Under the pieces are notes generated by a model that had not been told where the DNA came from, searched no databases, and was given only the letters and a program-made list of their open reading frames with translations. This document shows, piece after piece, positions 1 through 9,856 of a DNA stretch of 64,000 nucleotides. The translations under genes and the position numbers were made by a program. This DNA comes from Nitrosopumilus sp. GTDB lineage: Archaea; Thermoproteota; Nitrososphaeria; Nitrososphaerales; Nitrosopumilaceae. How positions within the stretch are numbered: the stretch's first letter is position 1; each line of letters begins with the position of its first letter. Location of the stretch: assembly GCA_965205215.1 (NCBI GenBank), contig OZ242041.1, positions 1,760,001 to 1,824,000 on the forward strand. The letters are read 5' to 3'.

Positions 1-711
1 GACGGTGTCGGTGTTCCTGCACGGGATCAGGAACCGTATCCCGTTTTCGCTGAGGTACCTTATCACCCCCGTGTTGAAGAACTCGCGGTCCATCATGACG
101 AGGCCGATCTCGACCCCCACGCGGCCGCATATGTGAATTAACTCAGGCACGAAGTCGGGGGTGGACTGGAGCTTGCGCACCGGAACCACCCCGAGCACGA
201 GCTTTTCCCCGTTGACGACGCACTGAGCCGTGGCATATCCCTCGAACCTGTCGGTCCCGTTCCTTGGCTTTTTGCGCACCAGTTCGGGGCCGTCCCTCTT
301 GTCGTATCTCTCCCTGTAGTGAAAGTCGATTGCAATGTCGACGGGCCCGCTGAACAGTCCCATCGCCTTCATGCGGTCCACGTACATCCCCGTGTCCCTT
401 ATGAACAGCTCGCGCAGGCTCACGCCGTCGACGGCCCTCATCCACTGCATCATTCGCTCGCCGCACGGCAGGGCGCGCGCACCGGGCTGCCCGACGTTGG
501 TGCCGTTCCTGTCCATCGCGATGGAGGTCACGTTGCGATTCCTCATGCACGCCTCGTACATGACAAAGTCCATGTCCTCCTTGCCGTAGAGTGCGTTGTA
601 CCTGCTCGAGAATGGCAGCGCGCTTGACAGGTCCCCCAGCTGCAGGCTACGCAAAATAGATTGATATATCGCGTAACCCCGCGCAGATCGTCTTAGGCGG
701 CTTTTCTTCAA
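1..711 (-). CDS. ISH3/IS4-like DDE transposase, 3' end runs off the window (not in the ORF track)
   Basis: Manual translation of an open minus frame from TTG at 711: ...GLFSGPVDIAIDFHYRERYD...KPRNGTDRFEGYATAQCV...GLVMMDREFFNTGVIRYLSENGIRFLIPCRNT. The IAID and DREF catalytic Asp motifs are typical of ISH3-family transposases. Confidence 0.8.
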   Translation of the reverse strand, partial: MKKSRLRRSARGYAIYQSILRSLQLGDLSSALPFSSRYNALYGKEDMDFVMYEACMRNRNVTSIAMDRNGTNVGQPGARALPCGERMMQWMRAVDGVSLRELFIRDTGMYVDRMKAMGLFSGPVDIAIDFHYRERYDKRDGPELVRKKPRNGTDRFEGYATAQCVVNGEKLVLGVVPVRKLQSTPDFVPELIHICGRVGVEIGLVMMDREFFNTGVIRYLSENGIRFLIPCRNTDTV

Positions 712-735
712 TTCGCAATCAGCCGCCTTAAGACG
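689..735. repeat. Imperfect inverted repeat enclosing the transposase start codon
   Basis: CGTCTTAGGCGGCT (689-702) pairs with AGCCGCCTTAAGACG (721-735) with one bulge; the TTG start (709-711) lies in the loop. Confidence 0.8.
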
Positions 736-810
736 TCACATATAGATCTTTTTCATATGCGCGCATTATAGCCTTGCGCCCCCTCTCTTGGGGCACATTT
801 GCGTTGACTG

Positions 811-1915
811 GAGTAGCGCTCATTGAAAATTTCGCCTCATGATGGACAATCGCAGAAAAGCTTATTGATCGACGGATCGCCGGACAGTCCATGAGCGAAA
901 GCAGCAAGAAGATCCGGGAGCTGACGGAGGCCATGCGTGCAGAAAGGGATGTCAGGATCCGCAACAGGATGATGGCGGTTCTGGGCGTACTCAAGGGCCA
1001 CTCCACAAAAACCGCCTCTGATTTTGCAGACGTGGACCGGCGCACAGTGCAGCTGTGGGTTGCCAGGTTCGACGAAGGCGGCATCGGTGGCCTCCGGGAC
1101 GCTCCCGGGAGGGGCAGGGCGTCCCGCGCAAGGTACGGGCGGATCAGGAGACTTGCAGACAGGCTTGCCGGCAGGAACATGCTCACCCCGAGAAAGCTTC
1201 GAAACTGGATACGGGGAAAGCTGCACATCCGGTACAGCATGTGCAGCGTGCGCAGGATCCTGCGCTTCCTCGGGTTTTCATCCAAGAGGTCGTCCACCCT
1301 GTACGCCTCGGCTGCCGGCGCCGACGCGGTAAGGCGGTGGCAGGCCGACGCCGCACGCACGATATCGGGGGCAAAAAGGCGCGGACTGACGATCGTGGTG
1401 CAGGACGAGTCCATATTTCTCAGGACGGGGACAAACGGAAGGAAGCTGTGGTCGCGCGTCGGGGATCCCGTGACCGTCAGCCGGCACGGCAGGAGGGACA
1501 GGACCGTCGTGTTCGGCGCGCTCGCAGAGGACGGAACCAGGCTGATGCGGCAGTATGAAAGGTTCGACGGCCCGACGTTCGTACGGTATCTCCGGAAGGT
1601 GCGCCGCAAGTGGGGCAGGGTTCTCCTCGTAACGGACAACGCAAGCCAGCACAAGCACAGGGAAGTGCGGAAGTACCTGAAGAGCCACGACGGGGTGGAG
1701 ATCCTGTACCTTCCCACCGCCACGCCGAAGCTCAGCGCAGTCGAGTCCGTATGGAGGGATGCAAAATACAGGCTTGTCACTTCAGAGCACTACGAGACAC
1801 GAGAAGATCTGACGCATGCGGTGTCAGAATACTTCAGGACGTGCCCAATCAGGCTTGACATATACAAATTCTTGTACCGTTGTGCGTGAGGCGAAATTTT
1901 CAATGATCGCCACTC
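811..1915 (+). mobile_element. IS630-family insertion sequence
   Basis: 29-bp TIRs: GAGTAGCGCTCATTGAAAATTTCGCCTCA (811-839) and TGAGGCGAAATTTTCAATGATCGCCACTC (1887-1915), 2 mismatches. TA follows the right end (1916-1917); TG precedes the left end. Confidence 0.9.
891..1889 (+). CDS. IS630-family transposase (HTH + DDE), single intact ORF
   Basis: N-terminal HTH (RTVQLWVARFDEGGIGGLRD..GRGR) and DDE motifs VQDES, VTDNASQH, PKLSAVESVW. Confidence 0.92.
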   Translation: MSESSKKIRELTEAMRAERDVRIRNRMMAVLGVLKGHSTKTASDFADVDRRTVQLWVARFDEGGIGGLRDAPGRGRASRARYGRIRRLADRLAGRNMLTPRKLRNWIRGKLHIRYSMCSVRRILRFLGFSSKRSSTLYASAAGADAVRRWQADAARTISGAKRRGLTIVVQDESIFLRTGTNGRKLWSRVGDPVTVSRHGRRDRTVVFGALAEDGTRLMRQYERFDGPTFVRYLRKVRRKWGRVLLVTDNASQHKHREVRKYLKSHDGVEILYLPTATPKLSAVESVWRDAKYRLVTSEHYETREDLTHAVSEYFRTCPIRLDIYKFLYRCA

Positions 1916-2349
1916 TAGCACAGGGGGTGGGAATCATGCGGCGACGGCAGGCGGCAGCACGCAGGCCCGGACGGCAATGGCGGGCGCCGCGTGGCGGCCA
2001 TAACGGCCCAGGGGTCCTGCATGCGACGCCTCGAGACGCCCCACGCGGACTGATGGGCGGTACGCACGCCGAGAGGCCCTCGGACGCTTGCAAGTGCAGG
2101 GGCGCGATCCCATGCAGGCTCATGCGGCCGTCCCAGCAGCGGGCCGACTGAGTCCGTAAAGGCATGATGCGGGCCGCCGCTGTCGCGGCAGGATGCCTTC
2201 GGGCGCGAGGATGGGCATCTAGTGCCGTCTGTGACTCTTTGTGTGTTACGCGTCGTAGGCATTCTGATGTATACGGCCGTTGCAGGTATGTCGGACTTTG
2301 CACAAAGTTGACGCGGGCAGGCGCAGAATCCCGGACCTCAGCGTCGGGA

Positions 2350-2988
2350 TTATCCTAGTTCCTTTACCATGCCCTGAAACTCGGCCAGCTTGCGGTTGAC
2401 CTCGTCTATGCCGGCAAGCAGGATCTGCTCCGGCCTGAGCGCGCCCGTGGATTCGACCGTCAGTATGCGCTCGTCTTCTGCTTCGCCGTCCACAAGTACA
2501 GAGACGTTTGCAGAGTTCCACTTCGCATGCTCCGTCCCGCGCCCGAGCCTGGCAAAGCACTCGGCCTTGACCTTTTGTCCGGGCGCAAGGCGCACTATCG
2601 GAACCTTGTCGGAGATTGGCAAGACGTCGGCATCGTCAGAGATCAGGCTTTCTGAGAAAACCGTAATGCTTTCGGATTCAGACTCTGCCGAGTCAAGCAC
2701 AAGCATGACGCGGCAGTTCGAGCACCCCGGATCGCCCCCGCACGAGCAGTCTGCAGGCTCAGAGAACCTCTCAAGGTCGGTCCTCAGCGGGATCAGTCCC
2801 AGCCTGTGCGCCAGGCCTTCGTCTGGAATCACCGACGAGTTCTGTATGATGTCGACTGTATCTATTGCAAACACGGGCACGTCGTTGAGGCACGTCCTCC
2901 GCAGCGCGTTTGCATACTGCAGCGGGACACCCTTCAGCTTTACGGATATCTTGCGGTCATCCTTGTGAACAAGCTCCAGAGACGACAA
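2350..2988 (-). CDS. rpoD: DNA-directed RNA polymerase subunit D (Rpo3)
   Basis: YANALRR, NSSVIPDEGLAHRLGLIPL, Cys cluster CSCGGDPGCSNC, GRGTEHAKW. Start moved to TTG at 2988; the ORF-track extension is low-complexity. Confidence 0.93.
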   Translation of the reverse strand: MSSLELVHKDDRKISVKLKGVPLQYANALRRTCLNDVPVFAIDTVDIIQNSSVIPDEGLAHRLGLIPLRTDLERFSEPADCSCGGDPGCSNCRVMLVLDSAESESESITVFSESLISDDADVLPISDKVPIVRLAPGQKVKAECFARLGRGTEHAKWNSANVSVLVDGEAEDERILTVESTGALRPEQILLAGIDEVNRKLAEFQGMVKELG

Positions 2989-3245
2989 ATCTCTTTTGAC
3001 GCTCGTGACTCCAAATAAAAATCTAGACGGCGGAGGCCGTCGGCAAGGACAGGCGGAGCACGGGAGGGAGGAGGGGCAAAGAGAAAACAATGCGGGGTGT
3101 ACGGGTGCGAGTGGGGGGGGGAGAGGAGGGGAGCACAGATGCAGATGCGGCCACGCACTACCGGCCGCAGGGGCCCATGGCACAGCCGCGTACGACACTG
3201 TAAGGCGAGTACTGGCACTGGTACGCATACAGCGGGCTCAGAACA

Positions 3246-5339
3246 TCACAGAGAAATGACGCCGCTTGCTATCATCCACTCGATGGCCCCCGCAAACGTG
3301 GCGTCGTCTATGATGCCGTCCGACCACCACCGCGCGTTCGACTTTACCCAGTCGGGTATTGCAACGCTGCTGTCGCCCGCCGCATCGCCGGGGCCGGGAT
3401 CCGAGATGTCCGGAATTGCAATTATCCCCTCCCGCACCAGATACTCGAGCGCGGACGCAAACGTGGCGTCGTCTATGACGCCGTCCGACCACCACCGCGC
3501 GTTCGACTTTACCCAGTCGGGTATTGCAACGTCGTCGGCGCCTTCCCCCCCGCCACCGCTCCCAACGCCGTCCCCTGCGCGTATCGTGACGGTTCCAAGC
3601 ATCCACGGGTGCAGCGTGCAAAAGTAGTCAAACGTGCCGACATCCTCAAACGTGTACTCGTATGTCTGCCCCTCCCCCACAACGGGGCTCAGAAACATGC
3701 CGTCCGGCCCCTCACCGGGCGTGCCAGAGGCCACGGTATGGCCCTGCTCGTCCAGGTTCTTCCACGAGACCGTCTGGCCCTGCCGCGCCTCCAGCGCGTA
3801 CGGCTCAAAGCACGCATCGTCCCGCTCGCAGCCTATCATAAAGGAGCCGGGCGCCATCTCGACCCTGTGATCGTACGCGGCGGCTCCCGCGCCGCCGCCG
3901 CCGGGGCCAAGCCCCTTTCCCACGGTGAATGCAAACTCGCCGCCCGTCTCAAAGTCGTTTACCTGCGATATGGAGGCTATGGCGGCCCCCGGCCCTGCAA
4001 AATGCAGGGGTATGCGGTCGCTTCCGTCCGGCGTGTGGCGCCCGCGCTCGGAGAAGACCGACTGGCCGTCAAGCAGTACGTCGATGTCGTACGTGATGAG
4101 CGGGATGATGATGTTCGTGACGGGATCCCTAAACTCTACGTTGAGCACGAGGTCTCGGCCCTGCGCGACTCCGCCGGGAGGCTCCAGCCAGACGTAGAAC
4201 TTCCAGTCCTCCCTGCTGGACAGAACTACGACGGTGTCGCCCTCCTCCAGCGAGGCGTCCTGCTTTTCCTTTTGGCGCTCCTTGCCGGATGCTATCGTAA
4301 ACGTCATGACGTCGCGCTCGTCCCCGGGGATCGAGGCAAGCATGCCGGCAAGCTTGGAGGAGGACAGGAGAAAGTGCACCACTATCACATCATCGCTGGA
4401 CCTGTCCACCGTGCCAAAGTACGGCATGCCGCTTACGGCAAGCAGTATGTCATGGTCCTCGAACATTTTGACCGTCTTTGGTATGTAGTATTCTGCATGA
4501 ACGAACGAGACGTCGCCTATGGCAGACTCGTCCCAGTAAAACGGCATCGTCGCAGTGATGCTCTTTTGGCGGGAGTCGTACTCGAATCCCTCTATCCTGT
4601 CATGGTACGTGGCAAACACAAAGTCCGTCTGCACGCCGCCAATCTCCACTGCAAACGGTATGAACTGTCCCACGCTCAGGGGGACCTCGAATGTGGAGTC
4701 CTCCGCGAGCACGGGCTCCCCCTCCATCGACTGCAGCGTAATCGACACGTCGACCAGTCCGCCCTCCAGAAAGACCGGGGCGCGTACCAAGAGGGGCTCG
4801 TCAGTCGACGCGATCCATGCGCCAGACGCGTCCGGCTCGCCCTGCGAGACGACAGTCGCGCCGCCCGACGCGTCCGGCATGATGCCTATGACGGACGTGT
4901 CGGACGGCGAGTACACGTCAAGGTCAAGCAGCACGTCGCCGCCGGTTCTGATCACCAGGTTGTACGACACGTCAGATACGGGTACCGGGGGATCCGCATC
5001 CACGTCGTGTATGGCCACTTCAAGCGAGATGCGCTCTTCCCCCTCCCTCAGTATGGGCGGGTCGGCCGCGACCTCCGCGGCCACGTACCGGTCGTTTATG
5101 AACAACGCCTGGCTTGAAGCGGAGCCTGCCTCGCCTGCAAACGCGGGCCCGGCCAAGAGGGGCGCAGACGCCAGAAACGCGGACAGCACCGCCACCACTA
5201 CGACGGTTGCCGCGGACAGGACGAACATTCGCGTGACTGGCGCACGCGGCGCAGTACGTTCCGCGGCCGCGGGACGCGCGGTCGGGACGGCGTCTGGGGC
5301 AAGGCCGGGGCAAGCACAGATGTCCGCGTGGCTGGACAT
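3246..5339 (-). CDS. Secreted blue (type-1) copper/plastocyanin-domain protein with two thaumarchaeal IPxW..N..WW C-terminal repeats
   Basis: Signal-like hydrophobic N-region; cupredoxin ligands GHTVASG and YFCTLHPWM; two copies of IPDWVKSNARWWSDG.IDDATF. Confidence 0.85.
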   Translation of the reverse strand: MSSHADICACPGLAPDAVPTARPAAAERTAPRAPVTRMFVLSAATVVVVAVLSAFLASAPLLAGPAFAGEAGSASSQALFINDRYVAAEVAADPPILREGEERISLEVAIHDVDADPPVPVSDVSYNLVIRTGGDVLLDLDVYSPSDTSVIGIMPDASGGATVVSQGEPDASGAWIASTDEPLLVRAPVFLEGGLVDVSITLQSMEGEPVLAEDSTFEVPLSVGQFIPFAVEIGGVQTDFVFATYHDRIEGFEYDSRQKSITATMPFYWDESAIGDVSFVHAEYYIPKTVKMFEDHDILLAVSGMPYFGTVDRSSDDVIVVHFLLSSSKLAGMLASIPGDERDVMTFTIASGKERQKEKQDASLEEGDTVVVLSSREDWKFYVWLEPPGGVAQGRDLVLNVEFRDPVTNIIIPLITYDIDVLLDGQSVFSERGRHTPDGSDRIPLHFAGPGAAIASISQVNDFETGGEFAFTVGKGLGPGGGGAGAAAYDHRVEMAPGSFMIGCERDDACFEPYALEARQGQTVSWKNLDEQGHTVASGTPGEGPDGMFLSPVVGEGQTYEYTFEDVGTFDYFCTLHPWMLGTVTIRAGDGVGSGGGGEGADDVAIPDWVKSNARWWSDGVIDDATFASALEYLVREGIIAIPDISDPGPGDAAGDSSVAIPDWVKSNARWWSDGIIDDATFAGAIEWMIASGVISL
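3291..3531. repeat. 76-bp direct repeat (3291-3366 and 3456-3531)
   Basis: 75/76 identical nucleotides, 165-bp period; encodes the duplicated C-terminal domain. Confidence 0.9.
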
Positions 5340-5530
5340 GATGCATGTCGCGGTTCACACCATAAATAATTAACATACTGGGCCGGGGGCGGGACAGTGG
5401 CGCCGGCAGTGACAAAACGCGCCACACGACCATTCTTCGAACCGGCAGGCGGTACCGGCGCGGAGCGGGAGCCAACGTCGGCGCCGGCGCAACCGCACAG
5501 TAGATAAATGGCGCCGCGCACAGAACTGCA

Positions 5531-6217
5531 ATGGCCGAGATGACCATAGTGCGCTACTCGCACGAAGGGGACAAATTCGAGATACTGGTAAAGCCGGACG
5601 CGGCCCTGGAGTACAAGCTGGGAAGGCGTACCAATCACAGCTCCGTAATGATATCCGACGACGTGTACACGGACTCGGGCAAGGGCACAAAGCCGTCGGC
5701 CGAAAAGCTGCAAAAAGCGTTCGGCACCAGCGATCCGGCAGAGGCGTCCAAAATCATACTGCAAAACGGAGATCTCAACCTCACCACAGAGCAGAGGCGC
5801 AAGATGACAGACGAGAAGAGGAGGCAGATCATAGAGTTCATTGCAAAGACCTACGTCGACCCCCGGACGCACCTGCCGCATCCGCCGCTCCGCATAGAGC
5901 AGGCCATGAAGGACGCCAGGGTGTCAGTCGACCCGCAGAGGGGGGCCGAGCCGCAGGCCAAGGAGATGGTGGAGAAGCTGCGCTCCATAATACCGCTAAA
6001 GTCCGAGAATGCGGAACTCTTGGTTACCATACCGGCCCAGTACGCCTCCAAGTCGTACGCCGTGCTAAAGTCCGTCGGCACGCTGAGGGACGAGCAGTGG
6101 CAGAACGACGGTTCGCTAAAAGCAATACTAGAAATACCAGCGGGGGACAGGCCCGCCGTGATAGACAGGCTGGGTTCGATAACCCGCGGTTCCGCCGGCG
6201 TAGAGGTGGCAAAGTAG
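5531..6217 (+). CDS. sdo1: Ribosome maturation factor SBDS/Sdo1
   Basis: KFEILV, LQKAFGT, LNLTTEQRRKM, DPRTHLPHPPLRIEQAM; first gene of the exosome operon. Confidence 0.95.
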   Translation: MAEMTIVRYSHEGDKFEILVKPDAALEYKLGRRTNHSSVMISDDVYTDSGKGTKPSAEKLQKAFGTSDPAEASKIILQNGDLNLTTEQRRKMTDEKRRQIIEFIAKTYVDPRTHLPHPPLRIEQAMKDARVSVDPQRGAEPQAKEMVEKLRSIIPLKSENAELLVTIPAQYASKSYAVLKSVGTLRDEQWQNDGSLKAILEIPAGDRPAVIDRLGSITRGSAGVEVAK

Positions 6218-6939
6218 TGGATGTGCGGAGAAGGTACGTCATACCAGGCGACACGATAACCTCGGGGCCGTACCGTCCCGAGCAGAACGTGACTCTTGTG
6301 GGCGATAAGAAGATAGTGTCCACGGCGGTGGGCGTCTCGGAGATATACGACAACACGGTAAAGGTGATTCCGCTTGCGGGCAAGTACATTCCAAAGATAA
6401 ACGACCTGGTGGTGGGCAAGGTCATAACGCACACCTCGCTTTCATGGGAGCTTGACATCAACTCGTGCTACGTGGGATTTCTGCCGGCAACCGACGTGTT
6501 CGGGCGGGACTTTTCGGCGCACGCCGACGAGCTTGCAACAAAGCTGAAGACCGGCGACCTGGTGGCGGCCAGGGTTGCAAACTTTGACCGCACGCGCGAC
6601 CCGCTTGTGACAATATCAGACAGGGATCTGGGCAAGATCGACTCCGGCGAGCTCGTAGAGATAGCGCCCGGCAGGGTGCCCAGGCTGATTGGAAAGCGCG
6701 GCACCATGATACAGACGATAGAGACTGCCACGGACTCCATAATTACCATAGGCCAGAACGGACGGGTCGTGGTCGCGTGCGACGATGCAGAGGGATTATT
6801 AAAGGCAAAGAAAGCGATCCGGATGGTAAACAGCATGGCGCACTCTACAAACCTGACTGAAAAGGTGAGGGAGATGCTAGAGTCGGGGAACGACGCGCCG
6901 CGCGAGACTGCCGAACGCAAGGAGGATGACAAGGAGTAA
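6217..6939 (+). CDS. rrp4: Exosome RNA-binding protein Rrp4 (S1 + KH)
   Basis: YVIPGD, YIPKINDLVVG, KH motif VPRLIGKRG, IGQNGRV; GTG start overlaps the sdo1 stop. Confidence 0.93.
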   Translation: MDVRRRYVIPGDTITSGPYRPEQNVTLVGDKKIVSTAVGVSEIYDNTVKVIPLAGKYIPKINDLVVGKVITHTSLSWELDINSCYVGFLPATDVFGRDFSAHADELATKLKTGDLVAARVANFDRTRDPLVTISDRDLGKIDSGELVEIAPGRVPRLIGKRGTMIQTIETATDSIITIGQNGRVVVACDDAEGLLKAKKAIRMVNSMAHSTNLTEKVREMLESGNDAPRETAERKEDDKE

Positions 6940-7703
6940 TGGGCGGACGAGAAGCCACCATGGTACTGCTTGACGAGAACGGCATCAGGTGCGACGGCCG
7001 CAAGGTGGACGAGACGCGCCGCGTCATGATAAAGGCGGGCGGCCTCAAGAACGCGGACGGCTCTGCATACATCGAGTTTGGCGACAACAAGATAGTGGCA
7101 GGCGTGTTCGGCCCCAGGGACGTGCACCCAAAGCACATGTCAGATACGGACACCGGAATACTGCGCGTCAGGTACCACATGGAGCCGTTCTCTGTCGGCG
7201 AGAGAAAGAACCCCGCCCCGTCGAGGAGGGAGATCGAGATATCAAAGGTGATCAAGGAGGCGCTCGAGCCGGCCGTAATGCTCGAGATGTTCCCCAGGAC
7301 CGTGGTCGACGTGTTCATAGAGGTACTGCAGGCGGATGGCGGCACCAGGTGCGCGGCGCTCTCAGCAGCATCAGTCGCGCTGGCAGACGCCGGAATCCCA
7401 ATGAGGGACATGGTGGCGGCCTGCGCGGCCGGCAAGGTGGCAGACACGGTCATCCTTGACGTGAACAACGAGGAGGACCAGGCAGGCCAGGCCGACATGC
7501 CGATGGGATACATGCCCAGCCTCAAGAAGATCACGCTGCTGCAGCTTGACGGGATACTGACCCCCGAGGAATACGAAAAGTGCGTCGAGATCGGCATAAA
7601 GGGATGCATGCAGGTCTACGAGCTCCAGAAGAAGGCGCTGAGCGAGAAATACTTTAACAATGAGAATGGCAGAGGCGGCAGCGGCAGGGGCCAGAAGAGG
7701 TAG
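6939..7703 (+). CDS. rrp41: Exosome catalytic subunit Rrp41
   Basis: RNase PH motifs DGRKVDETR, ADGSAYIEFG, PSRREIEIS, LQADGGTRCA. Confidence 0.96.
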   Translation: MGGREATMVLLDENGIRCDGRKVDETRRVMIKAGGLKNADGSAYIEFGDNKIVAGVFGPRDVHPKHMSDTDTGILRVRYHMEPFSVGERKNPAPSRREIEISKVIKEALEPAVMLEMFPRTVVDVFIEVLQADGGTRCAALSAASVALADAGIPMRDMVAACAAGKVADTVILDVNNEEDQAGQADMPMGYMPSLKKITLLQLDGILTPEEYEKCVEIGIKGCMQVYELQKKALSEKYFNNENGRGGSGRGQKR

Positions 7704-7715
7704 GAGGAGACTGAA

Positions 7716-8543
7716 ATGGCAGAGGCGGCAATAATAGACTCACTGAAAAAGGCAAGGATTGAGGAGCTCTTAGAGCAGGGCAAGCGGCTTGACGGCAGGG
7801 CCTTTGACGAGTTCAGGGAGATCTCAATTGAGACCGGCGCAATTCCAAAGGCCAACGGTTCCGCGCGGGTCAAGATAGGAGACACAGAGGTTGTCTGCGG
7901 CGTAAAGATACAGCCGGACAGGCCGTTTCCGGATTCCGGGGACAAGGGCGTGTTCATATGCACGGCCGAGATGCTCCCGCTGTCGCACCCCTCAGTGGAG
8001 ACCGGTCCGCCGGGGCCCCACGTGATAGAGCTTGCAAGGGTGGTCGACCGCGGCATACGCGAAAGCCACATGATAGACGTAAGCCAGCTTGTAATAAAGG
8101 AGAACAAGTCAGTCGTGGGAGTGTTCGCAGACAACGTGGTGGTCGACTACGACGGGAACCTCTTTGACGCATGCTCGTTTGCTGCCACTGCCGCGCTGCT
8201 GTCCACCAAGAGCCCAAAGTGGGAGTTCAAAGACGATGCGCCCGCGCTCGTGGAGGGCTCCGAGGCGGATCTTCCGGTCGGCACGATACCCGTATCCGTT
8301 ACGATGGTGAGGATAGGACAGCACATACTGGTGGATCCCAACGCCGACGAGTGGCAGTGCAAGGATGCTCGTGTTACAATAACCACGAACTCGGACGGCA
8401 ACATCTGCGCTCTGCAAAAGGGCGGCCATGACGGGTTCACCTTGGAGCAGATAAAGGAGTGCGGCAAGACCTCCGCAAGGATTGGCGCCGAGATTAGGAA
8501 AAAGTTTGACGGCATATCGGCCGGTTCAGACGCAGAACAATAG
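7716..8543 (+). CDS. rrp42: Exosome subunit Rrp42
   Basis: RLDGRAFDEFR, KANGSARVKIGDT, ELARVVDRGIRES, DYDGNLFDA. Confidence 0.96.
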   Translation: MAEAAIIDSLKKARIEELLEQGKRLDGRAFDEFREISIETGAIPKANGSARVKIGDTEVVCGVKIQPDRPFPDSGDKGVFICTAEMLPLSHPSVETGPPGPHVIELARVVDRGIRESHMIDVSQLVIKENKSVVGVFADNVVVDYDGNLFDACSFAATAALLSTKSPKWEFKDDAPALVEGSEADLPVGTIPVSVTMVRIGQHILVDPNADEWQCKDARVTITTNSDGNICALQKGGHDGFTLEQIKECGKTSARIGAEIRKKFDGISAGSDAEQ

Positions 8544-8555
8544 GTGGGCGATCAG

Positions 8556-8768
8556 ATGGCAAAGAAGAAAAAGTCCCTAAAGGGGCTTGGCGCAAGGTAC
8601 GGCATAAAGATCCGCAAGCAGTACACAAAGGTTCACTTTCAGCTAAAGCAGAAGAGATCGTGCCCGGAGTGCGGATCCGGGACGTTCGGCAGGGACGCAG
8701 TCGGCATATGGTCGTGCAAAAAATGCGGCTTTAAGATAGCTGGAACGGCGTACGATGTCAAGGTATAG
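8556..8768 (+). CDS. rpl37ae: 50S ribosomal protein L37Ae (eL43)
   Basis: GARYG motif and zinc ribbon CPECG...GIWSCKKCG; exosome operon context. Confidence 0.95.
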   Translation: MAKKKKSLKGLGARYGIKIRKQYTKVHFQLKQKRSCPECGSGTFGRDAVGIWSCKKCGFKIAGTAYDVKV

Positions 8769-9123
8769 AGCCACCACGACTGTAGACGAGGGCTTGCACG
8801 CGACTGTGGCGGCACCCGCTGTGCATACGGAATCACTGAGGCGGCGCAAAAAGGCGGAACCGGCGCCTACGCCATCGGGGGCGCGGCGGGGGCGCGGCGG
8901 CTCCGGAATCATACCGGCCATATACGAGTCGATCAGCACTGACGAGTCGTTTTACCCCGAGAACCCCGTGAGCACGTCAATTACAATGGCCGAAGACGGC
9001 AGACTCGTGATAACATCAGAGGCAGACAACCTTGCCCACCTGCGCGCAAACCTGAACTCCACACTCAGGCTCATCCAGGCATGCCACGCGTCCATAACGG
9101 CCTCGTCGGGGCCGGCCAAGTAG
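8755..9123 (+). CDS. pcc1: KEOPS complex subunit Pcc1 with a basic low-complexity insertion
   Basis: C-terminal LAHLRANLNSTLRLIQ motif; usual position after rpl37ae. Confidence 0.75.
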   Translation: MSRYRATTTVDEGLHATVAAPAVHTESLRRRKKAEPAPTPSGARRGRGGSGIIPAIYESISTDESFYPENPVSTSITMAEDGRLVITSEADNLAHLRANLNSTLRLIQACHASITASSGPAK

Positions 9124-9308
9124 CCTCTTCCTCCTCCTCCCCTCTCCCCCCCCCCCCACTACCCGGATGAACCCGAAGCGGTTCTCCGTACTTGCATCAT
9201 GACGCCGGCTACGCGTACCGGCGCCGAGCAAGAAGCGCGGCGGAGGGATGTGGCGCAGGACGTCGGCCCAATCGGTAAAGATATAACGCAACGCGGGAGA
9301 GAAGTCCC

Positions 9309-9761
9309 ATGTCAGGCATGGGTGCGTCAGAGGGCGGAGCTCCGCCGCAGATACCCCCATGGCTGCAAGAGCAGGTGGCAAAGTTCCAAAAGACCCAGCA
9401 GGAGCTCCAAATGATATCCATGCAAAAGCAGCAGCTAGAGTCCGAAAAAGTCAACGTCTCGCGCACATTGGACGAGCTGAAAAAGGCAAGTGACGACGAG
9501 ACGGTGTACAAGTTTGCAGGAAGCGTGCTTATCAGGACCACGAGGGCCAACATGCTGTCCGAGCTAGAAGAGAGACAAGAACTTGCAAACACGCGCTCTG
9601 CAGTCACGGGCAAGCAAGAGTCAAGACTGTTAGAGTCGCTCAAGGAGCAAGAGGCCAAGATCACAGAGGCGATGAGGCGCGGCATGGCGCAGTCGCCGCC
9701 GCCGTCGCCGCCGCCGTCATCATCACCACCATCATCATCAACAACAACGCCACCGTCATAA
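9309..9761 (+). CDS. pfdB: Prefoldin beta subunit with Pro/Ser/Thr tail
   Basis: IPPWLQEQV..FQ..QQ.LQ coiled coil and VYKFAGSVLI hairpin. Confidence 0.93.
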   Translation: MSGMGASEGGAPPQIPPWLQEQVAKFQKTQQELQMISMQKQQLESEKVNVSRTLDELKKASDDETVYKFAGSVLIRTTRANMLSELEERQELANTRSAVTGKQESRLLESLKEQEAKITEAMRRGMAQSPPPSPPPSSSPPSSSTTTPPS

Positions 9762-9856
9762 CCCCCGCTTGGGGCAACCCCTAAACAGACAACACGACGT
9801 GCCCGCCTCCAAGCCTCAAAAGCATATAACAACGCCTCGCGCAGTGTCACATAGCT

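Noticed and set aside
728-1780. 350-aa minus-strand ORF and many other long antisense or alternate-frame ORFs (e.g. 3609-5117, 27070-28644, 49216-50382)
   Set aside because: These are shadows of real genes in high-GC DNA and carry no recognisable motifs.
2048-2078. Hammerhead-like CTGATG-stem-GAGA
   Set aside because: The core differs at invariant positions (needs CUGANGA and GAAA), and stems I and III are not evident.
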